DNA of 64,000 nucleotides from Escherichia coli (GTDB lineage Bacteria; Pseudomonadota; Gammaproteobacteria; Enterobacterales; Enterobacteriaceae): NCBI RefSeq assembly GCF_044324875.1, contig NZ_CP172185.1; one strand, 5' to 3'. Shown piece by piece: positions 55,469 to 64,000 of this stretch (position 1 is its first letter; each line of letters starts with the position of its first letter). The notes under the pieces were generated by a model. It saw only the letters and a program-made list of their open reading frames with translations, ran no database searches and was not told where the DNA came from. The position numbers and the translations under genes were made by a program.

Positions 55469-56086
55469 ATGACCACACAATATGGATTTTTTATCGATTC
55501 CAGCCGCTGTACTGGCTGTAAAACCTGCGAACTGGCGTGCAAAGATTTTAAAGATCTTGGCCCGGAAGTCAGTTTCCGCCGTATTTATGAATATGCTGGC
55601 GGCGACTGGCAGGAAGATAATGGCGTCTGGCACCAGAACGTGTTCGCTTATTATCTCTCCATCTCCTGTAACCATTGCGATGACCCCGCATGTACAAAAG
55701 TCTGCCCCAGCGGCGCAATGCATAAGCGTGAAGATGGCTTTGTGGTGGTTGATGAAGATGTTTGTATCGGCTGCCGCTACTGCCACATGGCTTGTCCATA
55801 CGGCGCGCCACAGTACAATGCTGAAAAAGGACACATGACGAAGTGCGATGGTTGTTATTCGCGCGTCGCCGAGGGGAAACAACCCATATGTGTCGAATCC
55901 TGCCCGCTGCGTGCACTTGAGTTCGGTCCAATTGAAGAGCTTCGCCAGAAGCACGGCACTCTGGCTGCCGTTGCGCCACTGCCGCGCGCGCATTTCACAA
56001 AACCCAATATCGTTATCAAACCTAACGCCAACAGCCGCCCGACCGGCGATACCACTGGTTATCTGGCTAATCCGGAGGAAGTGTAA
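55469..56086 (+). CDS. ynfG: 4Fe-4S ferredoxin-type electron-transfer subunit (DmsB paralog)
   Basis: 205 aa with four Cys-x2-Cys-x2-Cys-x3-Cys-Pro clusters. Confidence 0.95.
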   Translation: MTTQYGFFIDSSRCTGCKTCELACKDFKDLGPEVSFRRIYEYAGGDWQEDNGVWHQNVFAYYLSISCNHCDDPACTKVCPSGAMHKREDGFVVVDEDVCIGCRYCHMACPYGAPQYNAEKGHMTKCDGCYSRVAEGKQPICVESCPLRALEFGPIEELRQKHGTLAAVAPLPRAHFTKPNIVIKPNANSRPTGDTTGYLANPEEV

Positions 56087-56087
56087 A

Positions 56088-56942
56088 ATGGGAAATGGAT
56101 GGCATGAATGGCCACTGGTTATCTTTACCGTATTGGGTCAATGCGTAGTAGGCGCGCTGATTGTTAGCGGAATTGGCTGGTTCGCCGCCAATAATGACGC
56201 AGACCGTCAGCGTATTGTCCGTGGCATGTTTTTCCTCTGGCTGTTGATGGGCATCGGGTTTATTGCCTCTGTCATGCACCTGGGATCGCCACTGCGAGCG
56301 TTTAACTCGCTGAATCGAATCGGTGCTTCTGGTCTGAGTAACGAAATTGCTGCCGGTTCAATATTTTTTGCCGTTGGCGGATTATGGTGGCTGGTGGCAG
56401 TCATCGGTAAAATGCCGCAAGCGTTGGGGAAACTCTGGTTACTTGTCAGCATGGCGCTCGGCGTCATTTTCGTCTGGATGATGACCTGCGTGTATCAAAT
56501 CGACACAGTGCCAACCTGGTATAACGGTTACACTACGCTAGCTTTCTTCCTGACAGTATTGTTGAGCGGTCCAATACTTGCTGCCACAATTCTGCGGGCA
56601 GCCCGCGTTACATTTAATACCACACCATTTGCCATCATTAGCGTTCTGGCGCTGATCGCTTGTGCCGGGGTGATTGTGCTGCAAGGTTTGTCTCTGGCGT
56701 CTATTCACTCATCCGTACAACAAGCCAGCGCACTGGTACCAGATTACGCCTCCTTACAGGTCTGGCGTGTGGTATTGTTATGCGCAGGTCTAGGATGCTG
56801 GCTTTGTCCGCTCATTCGTCGCCGTGAACCTCACGTTGCCGGACTTGTTCTGGGGCTAATCCTCATACTTGGCGGTGAGATGATCGGGCGTGTGCTCTTT
56901 TATGGCCTGCACATGACGGTAGGAATGGCTATTGCAGGTTAA
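56088..56942 (+). CDS. ynfH: Membrane anchor subunit (DmsC paralog)
   Basis: ATG at 56088 (MGNGWHEWPLVIFTVLGQCVVGALIV) gives 284 aa; the ORF-track entry 55848..56942 over-extends into ynfG in another frame. Confidence 0.9.
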   Translation: MGNGWHEWPLVIFTVLGQCVVGALIVSGIGWFAANNDADRQRIVRGMFFLWLLMGIGFIASVMHLGSPLRAFNSLNRIGASGLSNEIAAGSIFFAVGGLWWLVAVIGKMPQALGKLWLLVSMALGVIFVWMMTCVYQIDTVPTWYNGYTTLAFFLTVLLSGPILAATILRAARVTFNTTPFAIISVLALIACAGVIVLQGLSLASIHSSVQQASALVPDYASLQVWRVVLLCAGLGCWLCPLIRRREPHVAGLVLGLILILGGEMIGRVLFYGLHMTVGMAIAG

Positions 56943-56984
56943 CAAATTGGTGCGGGGCAACCCGCACATTTCAGGATGTTAGGA

Positions 56985-57599
56985 ATGACCCATTTTTCAC
57001 AGCAAGATAATTTTTCTGTCGCGGCGCGCGTGTTGGGCGCGCTGTTTTATTACGCTCCAGAGAGTGCGGAAGCCGCCCCCCTGGTTGCGGTACTCACCCG
57101 TGACGGCTGGGAAACTCAGTGGCCTCTACCAGAAGCGTCATTAGCGCCGCTGGTGACTGCTTTTCAGACACAGAGTGAAGAGACTCACGCCCAGGCCTGG
57201 CAGCGTTTGTTTGTCGGCCCGTGGGCACTGCCGTCACCGCCGTGGGGGTCGGTCTGGCTGGATCGCGAATCTGTGCTGTTTGGCGATTCAACATTGGCAC
57301 TTCGTCAGTGGATGCGCGAGAAAGGCATTCAGTTTGAAATGCAGCAAAACGAACCGGAAGATCATTTTGGTTCACTGCTGTTGATGGCTGCGTGGTTGGC
57401 GGAGAATGGTCGCCAGACAGAATGCGAAGAATTGCTGGCATGGCACCTTTTTCCGTGGTCAACACGATTTCTTGACGTTTTTATCGAAAAAGCAGAACAC
57501 CCTTTCTACCGTGCACTGGGGGAACTGGCTCGCTTAACGCTGGCGCAATGGCAATCACAACTGTTAATTCCTGTCGCGGTTAAACCACTCTTTCGTTAG
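56985..57599 (+). CDS. dmsD: Tat proofreading chaperone for DMSO-reductase-type enzymes
   Basis: Start trimmed to MTHFSQQDNFSVAARVLGALFYY giving 204 aa. Confidence 0.9.
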   Translation: MTHFSQQDNFSVAARVLGALFYYAPESAEAAPLVAVLTRDGWETQWPLPEASLAPLVTAFQTQSEETHAQAWQRLFVGPWALPSPPWGSVWLDRESVLFGDSTLALRQWMREKGIQFEMQQNEPEDHFGSLLLMAAWLAENGRQTECEELLAWHLFPWSTRFLDVFIEKAEHPFYRALGELARLTLAQWQSQLLIPVAVKPLFR

Positions 57600-57793
57600 G
57601 ATCACCGTAATATTGCCGGATGGTGACGATTACGCGCAATTCGGCAATAATAGGTTACAGCGTCACGTTTTTTTATCTCTTAAAGCACGCACTGCTTTTG
57701 CGGCTGGCCTCTTTTGCCGCAAAATAGTCGCCCGTGTTTCATTGCCCATTTCTGCTCATGCATCATCTACACATCTATCCGGATCTGCGCACT

Positions 57794-59050
57794 ATGTTCC
57801 GCCGTCTGCTTATCGCAACAGTCGTCGGTATTCTTGCGGCCTTTGCCGTTGCCGGGTTTCGTCATGCAATGCTGCTACTGGAGTGGTTGTTCCTCAATAA
57901 TGACTCGGGCAGTCTGGTCAATGCAGCGACAAATCTTTCCCCATGGCGACGGCTGCTAACCCCGGCGCTCGGCGGACTGGCGGCGGGTTTGTTGCTGATG
58001 GGCTGGCAGAAATTTACCCAGCAACGCCCTCATGCGCCGACCGATTACATGGAAGCGTTGCAAACCGATGGGCAGTTTGATTACGCAGCAAGCCTGGTTA
58101 AATCGCTTGCCTCTCTGCTGGTAGTAACCAGCGGCAGTGCAATTGGTCGCGAAGGTGCGATGATTCTTTTAGCTGCCCTTGCCGCCTCCTGTTTTGCCCA
58201 ACGTTTTACGCCACGCCAGGAGTGGAAATTATGGATCGCCTGTGGGGCCGCGGCGGGAATGGCTGCGGCCTATCGTGCCCCGCTTGCTGGCAGTTTATTT
58301 ATAGCCGAAGTGCTGTTTGGCACTATGATGTTGGCCTCTCTCGGCCCGGTGATTATTTCCGCCGTCGTGGCGTTGCTGGTTAGCAATCTGATTAATCATA
58401 GCGACGCGTTACTCTACAGCGTACAACTCTCAGTGACGGTTCAGGCTCGTGACTATGCGCTGATTATCAGTACAGGTGTGCTGGCAGGTCTGTGCGGACC
58501 ACTGTTGTTAACGTTAATGAACGCCTGTCATCGTGGATTTGTGAGTCTCAAACTTGCGCCGCCCTGGCAACTGGCACTGGGCGGGTTGATCGTGGGTCTG
58601 CTTTCCCTGTTCACACCTACAGTGTGGGGCAACGGCTATAGCACCGTACAATCCTTTTTAACCGCCCCGCCACTGTTAATGATCATTGCCGGGATCTTCC
58701 TATGTAAACTGTTTGCCGTGCTGGCGAGTAGTGGTTCTGGCGCGCCCGGTGGTGTCTTTACACCGACGCTATTTATCGGTCTTGCCATTGGCATGCTGTA
58801 TGGTCGTAGCCTGGGATTATGGTTCCCTGATGGCGAAGAAATGACGCTTTTACTCGGATTGACCGGAATGGCGACACTGTTGGCGGCGACCACGCACGCG
58901 CCGATTATGTCGACGTTGATGATATGTGAAATGACCGGGGAATATCAGCTACTCCCCGGTTTATTGATTGCCTGCGTAATTGCGTCGGTAATTTCGCGGA
59001 CGTTACACCGTGACTCTATCTACCGCCAGCACACTGCGCAGCATAGCTAA
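57794..59050 (+). CDS. clcB: Voltage-gated ClC chloride channel
   Basis: Start trimmed to [17 protein letters not shown] giving 418 aa; ClC selectivity motifs GSAIGREG and GAPGGVFTP. Confidence 0.9.
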   Translation: MFRRLLIATVVGILAAFAVAGFRHAMLLLEWLFLNNDSGSLVNAATNLSPWRRLLTPALGGLAAGLLLMGWQKFTQQRPHAPTDYMEALQTDGQFDYAASLVKSLASLLVVTSGSAIGREGAMILLAALAASCFAQRFTPRQEWKLWIACGAAAGMAAAYRAPLAGSLFIAEVLFGTMMLASLGPVIISAVVALLVSNLINHSDALLYSVQLSVTVQARDYALIISTGVLAGLCGPLLLTLMNACHRGFVSLKLAPPWQLALGGLIVGLLSLFTPTVWGNGYSTVQSFLTAPPLLMIIAGIFLCKLFAVLASSGSGAPGGVFTPTLFIGLAIGMLYGRSLGLWFPDGEEMTLLLGLTGMATLLAATTHAPIMSTLMICEMTGEYQLLPGLLIACVIASVISRTLHRDSIYRQHTAQHS

Positions 59051-59698
59051 GCGGATGTATTGCCCCAGTTCACGCTGTTCGGCGCGCGGCAGATAAGGCA
59101 GTTCACCAATGAGCGGTGCCGGAAGTTTTTTACCCAGCACATCAATGATTTCCGCATAATGCGCCAGTCCTGGATTGATTCGGTTAGCCACCCAGCCAAT
59201 GAGCGGTAGCCCGTCGTTGGCGATCGCCTGAGCTGTTAGCAGTGCATGGTTAATGCAACCTTCCTGAATACCGACAACCATCAACACCGGCAGTTGTTCC
59301 TGCACCACCCATTCAGAGAGCGGACGCAAATCATTCATCAGACTGCGCCAGCCGCCAGTCCCTTCTACCACCACATGATCGACTTTATCGGTCAGGTTTG
59401 CCAGGCCGTTTGAAATGAGGGTGTAATTGATTGGGCAACTGTGCGCCACGCTACTTTCTTCTTCGCTTAACGCGATAGGATTAACTGCTTCATAAGGCAG
59501 TTCGATGGTTGAAACACTCTGCAACACCAGGGCATCTTTATTACGCAGCCCTTCGGGTGTCTCTTTGCTCCCCTTCGCTACGGGTTTATATCCCGCAACC
59601 GTTTTTCCCTGGGAGGCTAACGCTTGTAGCAATGCGCGGGAAACCACCGTTTTCCCTACAGAAGTGTCTGTACCGGTAATAAAGAAACGCTTCAGCAT
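59003..59698 (-). CDS. ynfK: Dethiobiotin synthetase paralog (BioD-like)
   Basis: Start trimmed to [17 protein letters not shown] giving 231 aa; P-loop GTDTSVGKT. Convergent with clcB, 48-bp 3' overlap. Confidence 0.9.
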   Translation of the reverse strand: MLKRFFITGTDTSVGKTVVSRALLQALASQGKTVAGYKPVAKGSKETPEGLRNKDALVLQSVSTIELPYEAVNPIALSEEESSVAHSCPINYTLISNGLANLTDKVDHVVVEGTGGWRSLMNDLRPLSEWVVQEQLPVLMVVGIQEGCINHALLTAQAIANDGLPLIGWVANRINPGLAHYAEIIDVLGKKLPAPLIGELPYLPRAEQRELGQYIRLAMLRSVLAVDRVTV

Positions 59699-59822
59699 CA
59701 CTAACTCCACCGTTATGCTTCACAAATATAAACCAGGAAAATAATTAACCTTGAAAGTCTAAGTTATGCTTTCCTGGCCCAAATTGAGATAGCGCAAATT
59801 TTGGTAGAACAGTTAAAAAATG

Positions 59823-61043
59823 TTAACCCTGCAACAGACGAATCAACAAAGAACCGTTATACATCGCGTCTTTTACCAGCGCAGCCCCTGCCATCGTACC
59901 CTGGTTAGAAAACTGAGTACTCTCAACGCTAATGTGCTGACTATACGCAGGAAGGGCCTGCTGACGGATGCTGTCCGAGATGACCGGGAAGAGGATATCT
60001 GCCGCTTTACTTAACGGTGAGCCAATCAGTATTTTTTGTGGGTTAAATAAATTCACCATGATGGCAAGAATGCGACCGACATGCGCGCCTACCCCGGTAA
60101 TGATGTCTTTTGCCAGTAGATCGCCGCGCAATGCCGCCTGACACAATGAGTCCACGGTTAACGGTTGTCCATGTAACATCGAGCTCATGGATTGATTGAG
60201 ACGCAGCTGTGCCAGCTCAAGAATACTGTCCACACTGGCGATGGTTTCGAGGCAACCGTGATTCCCGCAATAACAGCGTTTCCCATACGGGTCGACCTGT
60301 GTGTGGCCTATTTCCACGAGGCTACTGCTGCCTGCGTGTAGCAGATGACCATCGGTAATGACGCCCGCCCCCACGTTGTGATCGATAACCACCTGAATCA
60401 CATCGCGCGCCCCGCGTGAGGCACCAAACAAGGCCTCTGCCATCGTCCATGCGCTGATATCATGCTGAATATAAACCGGTACGCCGGTATGCTGCTCCAG
60501 CGCCTCGCCGAGCGGCATCTCTTTTACATCCTCGTAGAACGGCATGCGATGTACTATGCCATTTTCCGTATCAATAATTCCCGGCAAGGTTATGGCAATC
60601 GAAGTCAGACGCTCAAGTTTTTTCTGGTGGCGGATAAAAAACTGATCGATATGGGAAATGATACGATCCAGCAATGGTGAGTCATCTTTTAACGCCAGTT
60701 CCTGCGCCTCCTCCACCACCAGTTTGCTGCTCAGATCGCGCAGAGCAAGGAAAATCTCCCCGCGACTAATGCGCAGAGAAAGATAGTGCCAGGCTTCAGT
60801 TTCAACCACCAGCCCCACCGCCGGACGGCCACGGTTCCCCGCTTCTTTGATTTCCAGCTCTTGCACCAGGTGTGCTTCGAGCATCTCACGGACAATTTTG
60901 GTGATACTGGCAGGAGCCAGTTGCGCCAGACGGGAAAGATCGATACGCGAGACTGGACCAAGCTGATCAATCAGGCGATAAACCGCGCCCGCGTTGGTCT
61001 GCTTTATTTGATCAATGTGCCCAGGCTGGTTTTCAGCAACCAC
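59823..61043 (-). CDS. mlc: ROK-family global regulator Mlc (DgsA)
   Basis: 406 aa MVAENQPGHIDQIKQTNAGAVYRLIDQLGPVSRIDLSRLAQLAPASITKIVREML...; ROK Cys/His zinc motif (CYCGNHGCLE). Confidence 0.95.
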   Translation of the reverse strand: MVAENQPGHIDQIKQTNAGAVYRLIDQLGPVSRIDLSRLAQLAPASITKIVREMLEAHLVQELEIKEAGNRGRPAVGLVVETEAWHYLSLRISRGEIFLALRDLSSKLVVEEAQELALKDDSPLLDRIISHIDQFFIRHQKKLERLTSIAITLPGIIDTENGIVHRMPFYEDVKEMPLGEALEQHTGVPVYIQHDISAWTMAEALFGASRGARDVIQVVIDHNVGAGVITDGHLLHAGSSSLVEIGHTQVDPYGKRCYCGNHGCLETIASVDSILELAQLRLNQSMSSMLHGQPLTVDSLCQAALRGDLLAKDIITGVGAHVGRILAIMVNLFNPQKILIGSPLSKAADILFPVISDSIRQQALPAYSQHISVESTQFSNQGTMAGAALVKDAMYNGSLLIRLLQG

Positions 61044-61177
61044 CGCATACTCCCTATATTTTCGCGCTCCGAAATAATCTGTAGGCTATGGTGAAGCACT
61101 TCAATACGTGTCGTCAAATTTTTACTTAGGCATGTGATTAACAGCACATTTTTCGGGCTTTTTCGCTGAAATTTCCC

Positions 61178-62071
61178 TCACCTGAGAGCATTCAGCAGAT
61201 GAATACGAAAGTTACGCGCAGCCGGACTTTGTTCATGGTGTTTCGGCCAGACCAACCACATTTCAGAAACCGCATCCTCTTCAGCAATCGGCACCCAGCG
61301 CATTTCGTTGAGCTGAACACGTTTAAATGACGCAGGCAAAATTGAAACACCCAGACCAGCGGAAACCAGACCGATGATGGTCATTGCCTCACCCACCTCC
61401 TGAGTGATGACGGGCGTCAAATTGTAACGTCGCATCAGCCCGAGAATATCGTCATACAGCCCTGTCCCTACGTGCGGATCAAAAAAGACAAAGGGTTCTT
61501 TCGCCAGTTCAGCCAGCGTTACACTCGGGTTATTTGCCAAGGGATGATCGTGCGGGATCATCGCCATAAGCGGTTCATGGACGATGACTGCGTGTTCAAG
61601 CGTCTCCGGTAACGCTGTGTTACGCAGCAATCCCATATCCAGCGTTCCTTCAATGAGCGGAGCGATTTGCTCGCGAGTGTTCATTTCGCGGGTTTGTAAA
61701 TGGACATCGGGATAATCACGGCGAAACAGCGATAACGTATCGGACACTGCCCGAATAAAAGGAGCGGACGAAGTAAAACCAATGCGCAACTCCCCCGCTT
61801 CGCCCTGATGCAGCCTTTCAGCGCGAGCGGCAGCATCATCCACCATAGACAAGATTTGCCGACTATCTACAAGAAACTGTTTTCCTGCTGCCGTCAGCAA
61901 TACACTGCGATTGGTCCGTGCCAGCAGTCGGGCACCAATTTGTTGCTCCAGCGCCTGAATCTGTTGACTTAGCGGTGGTTGCGAAATATTCAGGCGGGCA
62001 GCGGCGCGCCCGAAATGCAGCTCTTCTGCAACCGCAACAAAGTAACGCAGATGACGAAGTTCAATATTCAT
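61178..62071 (-). CDS. ynfL: LysR-family regulator, divergent from ynfM
   Basis: 297 aa with N-terminal HTH (LRYFVAVAEELHFGRAAARLNISQPPLSQQIQALE). Confidence 0.9.
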   Translation of the reverse strand: MNIELRHLRYFVAVAEELHFGRAAARLNISQPPLSQQIQALEQQIGARLLARTNRSVLLTAAGKQFLVDSRQILSMVDDAAARAERLHQGEAGELRIGFTSSAPFIRAVSDTLSLFRRDYPDVHLQTREMNTREQIAPLIEGTLDMGLLRNTALPETLEHAVIVHEPLMAMIPHDHPLANNPSVTLAELAKEPFVFFDPHVGTGLYDDILGLMRRYNLTPVITQEVGEAMTIIGLVSAGLGVSILPASFKRVQLNEMRWVPIAEEDAVSEMWLVWPKHHEQSPAARNFRIHLLNALR

Positions 62072-62177
62072 ATTTAAAACATCTTATTTGAGATTATTAA
62101 TATATTAGACAGAACAATTCGATTTTCCTAATCTATTCATAAGCCTGATCCACAGGCATATTTAGCAAGGATTTCAA

Positions 62178-63431
62178 GTGAGCCGTACTACAACTGTTGA
62201 TGGCGCTCCGGCAAGCGACACTGACAAGCAAAGCATTTCTCAGCCAAATCAATTTATTAAACGCGGTACGCCGCAATTTATGCGCGTCACCCTGGCGCTG
62301 TTCTCTGCCGGACTGGCAACCTTCGCACTTCTCTATTGTGTGCAACCTATCCTTCCGGTGCTTTCGCAGGAGTTTGGCTTAACGCCCGCGAACAGTAGTA
62401 TTTCACTGTCCATTTCCACGGCGATGTTGGCTATCGGTTTGCTGTTTACTGGCCCGTTATCCGATGCCATTGGTCGCAAACCAGTGATGGTCACGGCGCT
62501 ACTGTTGGCCTCCATTTGTACGTTACTTTCGACAATGATGACCAGCTGGCACGGCATTTTGATTATGCGCGCCTTGATTGGGCTTTCGTTAAGTGGCGTA
62601 GCAGCTGTTGGCATGACTTATCTTAGCGAGGAAATCCACCCCAGTTTCGTGGCCTTTTCGATGGGGTTGTATATCAGCGGCAACTCAATTGGCGGCATGA
62701 GCGGACGCTTAATTAGCGGTGTCTTCACGGACTTTTTCAACTGGCGAATTGCGCTGGCGGCAATCGGTTGTTTCGCGCTGGCCTCGGCGTTAATGTTCTG
62801 GAAAATCCTCCCTGAATCACGCCATTTTCGCCCGACTTCGCTGCGACCTAAGACGTTGTTTATCAACTTTCGTCTGCACTGGCGTGACCGGGGATTACCG
62901 TTATTGTTCGCAGAAGGCTTTTTGCTGATGGGGTCGTTCGTCACGCTGTTTAATTACATCGGCTATCGGTTGATGCTCTCCCCCTGGCATGTCAGCCAGG
63001 CCGTGGTTGGCTTATTATCGCTGGCTTATTTGACCGGTACATGGAGCTCACCCAAAGCCGGAACCATGACCACCCGCTATGGGCGCGGTCCGGTGATGTT
63101 GTTTTCGACGGGGGTTATGCTGTTTGGTTTACTGATGACCTTATTTAGCTCGCTGTGGCTGATCTTTGCCGGAATGTTACTCTTCTCAGCCGGATTCTTC
63201 GCAGCCCACTCAGTAGCCAGCAGCTGGATCGGCCCCCGCGCAAAACGCGCTAAAGGCCAGGCCTCCTCGCTGTATCTGTTCAGTTACTATCTGGGGTCGA
63301 GTATTGCCGGGACGCTGGGTGGTGTTTTCTGGCATAACTATGGCTGGAACGGCGTCGGCGCATTTATTGCTCTGATGCTGGTCATTGCTCTGCTGGTCGG
63401 GACGCGTTTGCATCGTCGTCTGCACGCCTGA
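62178..63431 (+). CDS. ynfM: MFS transporter
   Basis: 417 aa, 12-TM MFS. Confidence 0.9.
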   Translation: MSRTTTVDGAPASDTDKQSISQPNQFIKRGTPQFMRVTLALFSAGLATFALLYCVQPILPVLSQEFGLTPANSSISLSISTAMLAIGLLFTGPLSDAIGRKPVMVTALLLASICTLLSTMMTSWHGILIMRALIGLSLSGVAAVGMTYLSEEIHPSFVAFSMGLYISGNSIGGMSGRLISGVFTDFFNWRIALAAIGCFALASALMFWKILPESRHFRPTSLRPKTLFINFRLHWRDRGLPLLFAEGFLLMGSFVTLFNYIGYRLMLSPWHVSQAVVGLLSLAYLTGTWSSPKAGTMTTRYGRGPVMLFSTGVMLFGLLMTLFSSLWLIFAGMLLFSAGFFAAHSVASSWIGPRAKRAKGQASSLYLFSYYLGSSIAGTLGGVFWHNYGWNGVGAFIALMLVIALLVGTRLHRRLHA

Positions 63432-63443
63432 AAAAATAAATAT

Positions 63444-63467
63444 CCTCCGGCATAGCCGGAGGTTTTT
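63444..63467 (+). terminator. Rho-independent terminator after ynfM
   Basis: Hairpin CCTCCGG-CATAG-CCGGAGG followed by TTTTT. Confidence 0.6.
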
Positions 63468-63543
63468 CAAATGCGCCTATAAGGCTCTCTTACCAGCCGC
63501 GCCCTAACAGGCGCACACGATCTGACATTTGCATCCAACTTCG

Positions 63544-64000
63544 TTACTTACGGCCCGTAAACGGGCTGCCCGGATAGGGAATCGATAACTGCTCTCCCAT
63601 TTTATCCTCTTCAAGCTGGTGCTTTATGTAATCCTGTATCTTCGCCGTGTTCTTACCCACCGTATCGACGTAATACCCTCTGCACCAGAACTCCCTGTTC
63701 CTGTATTTGAATTTCAAATCACCAAACTGCTCGTAAAGCATCAGACTGCTTTTCCCTTTCAGATATCCCATAAAGCCTGATACGCTCATTTTGGGCGGGA
63801 TCTCCACAAGCATATGGATATGATCTGCACAGCATTCAGCTTCCAGAATCCGTACACTTTTCCACTCACACAGCTTTCTCAAAATACAGCCTATTGCTCT
63901 ACGCTTCTCTCTGTAGAACACCTGTCTTCGGTATTTTGGCGCAAATACTATGTGATATTTACAGTTCCATCGGGTGTGCGCTAAGCTCTTTTCGTTCCCC
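63544..64000 (-). mobile_element. tnpA: IS200/IS605-family insertion sequence, tnpA (HUH Y1 transposase); start codon just beyond window edge
   Basis: Minus-strand reading frame open from 64000 to stop at 63544: ...GNEKSLAHTRWNCKYHIVFAPKYRRQVFYREKRRAIGCILRKLCEWKSVRILEAECCADHIHMLVEIPPKMS...GYYVDTVGKN... with the HxH (HIHML) motif and catalytic Tyr (GYYVDT). Confidence 0.85.

Noticed and set aside
55848-56087. 5' extension of the ORF-track entry 55848..56942 (364 aa) overlapping ynfG
   Set aside because: The extension lies inside ynfG in a different frame. The ATG at 56088 gives the expected 284-aa membrane anchor directly after the ynfG stop.

Overview
This window reads as an Escherichia coli chromosomal segment, collinear with the K-12 hipBA – lsr – tam – uxaB – glsB/sad – mar – dcp – ydf – rsp – ynfEFGH/dmsD – clcB – mlc – ynfLM region. 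Almost every long ORF is an intact, recognisable core-genome gene; no rRNA, tRNA or CRISPR array was seen. Gene names and the K-12 comparisons come from memory of the protein sequences, not from a search. The differences from K-12 are the interesting part: (1) hipA carries an in-frame ~46-codon internal deletion that removes the kinase catalytic core, while hipB and all four hipBA operators are intact; (2) two complete 768-bp IS1 copies in inverted orientation bracket ~38 kb, one a clean insertion with an 8-bp target duplication at the speG stop codon, the other lacking a duplication and truncating the 5' end of a large autotransporter adhesin gene; (3) a LysR-regulated three-gene operon (small protein, DJ-1/PfpI, aldo-keto reductase) sits beside hipA where K-12 has different genes; (4) ydeJ is replaced by an AT-rich stretch; (5) ydfJ is intact and directly adjacent to rspB, with no Qin prophage; (6) an IS200-family transposase gene runs off the right edge. 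No wholly new multi-gene system is evident; the best candidates for new biology are the catalytically gutted HipA with preserved HipB and operators, and the uncharacterised LysR-controlled operon. The ORF track omits ORFs that run off the window edge and uses GTG/TTG as starts, so several starts below were reassigned by hand.
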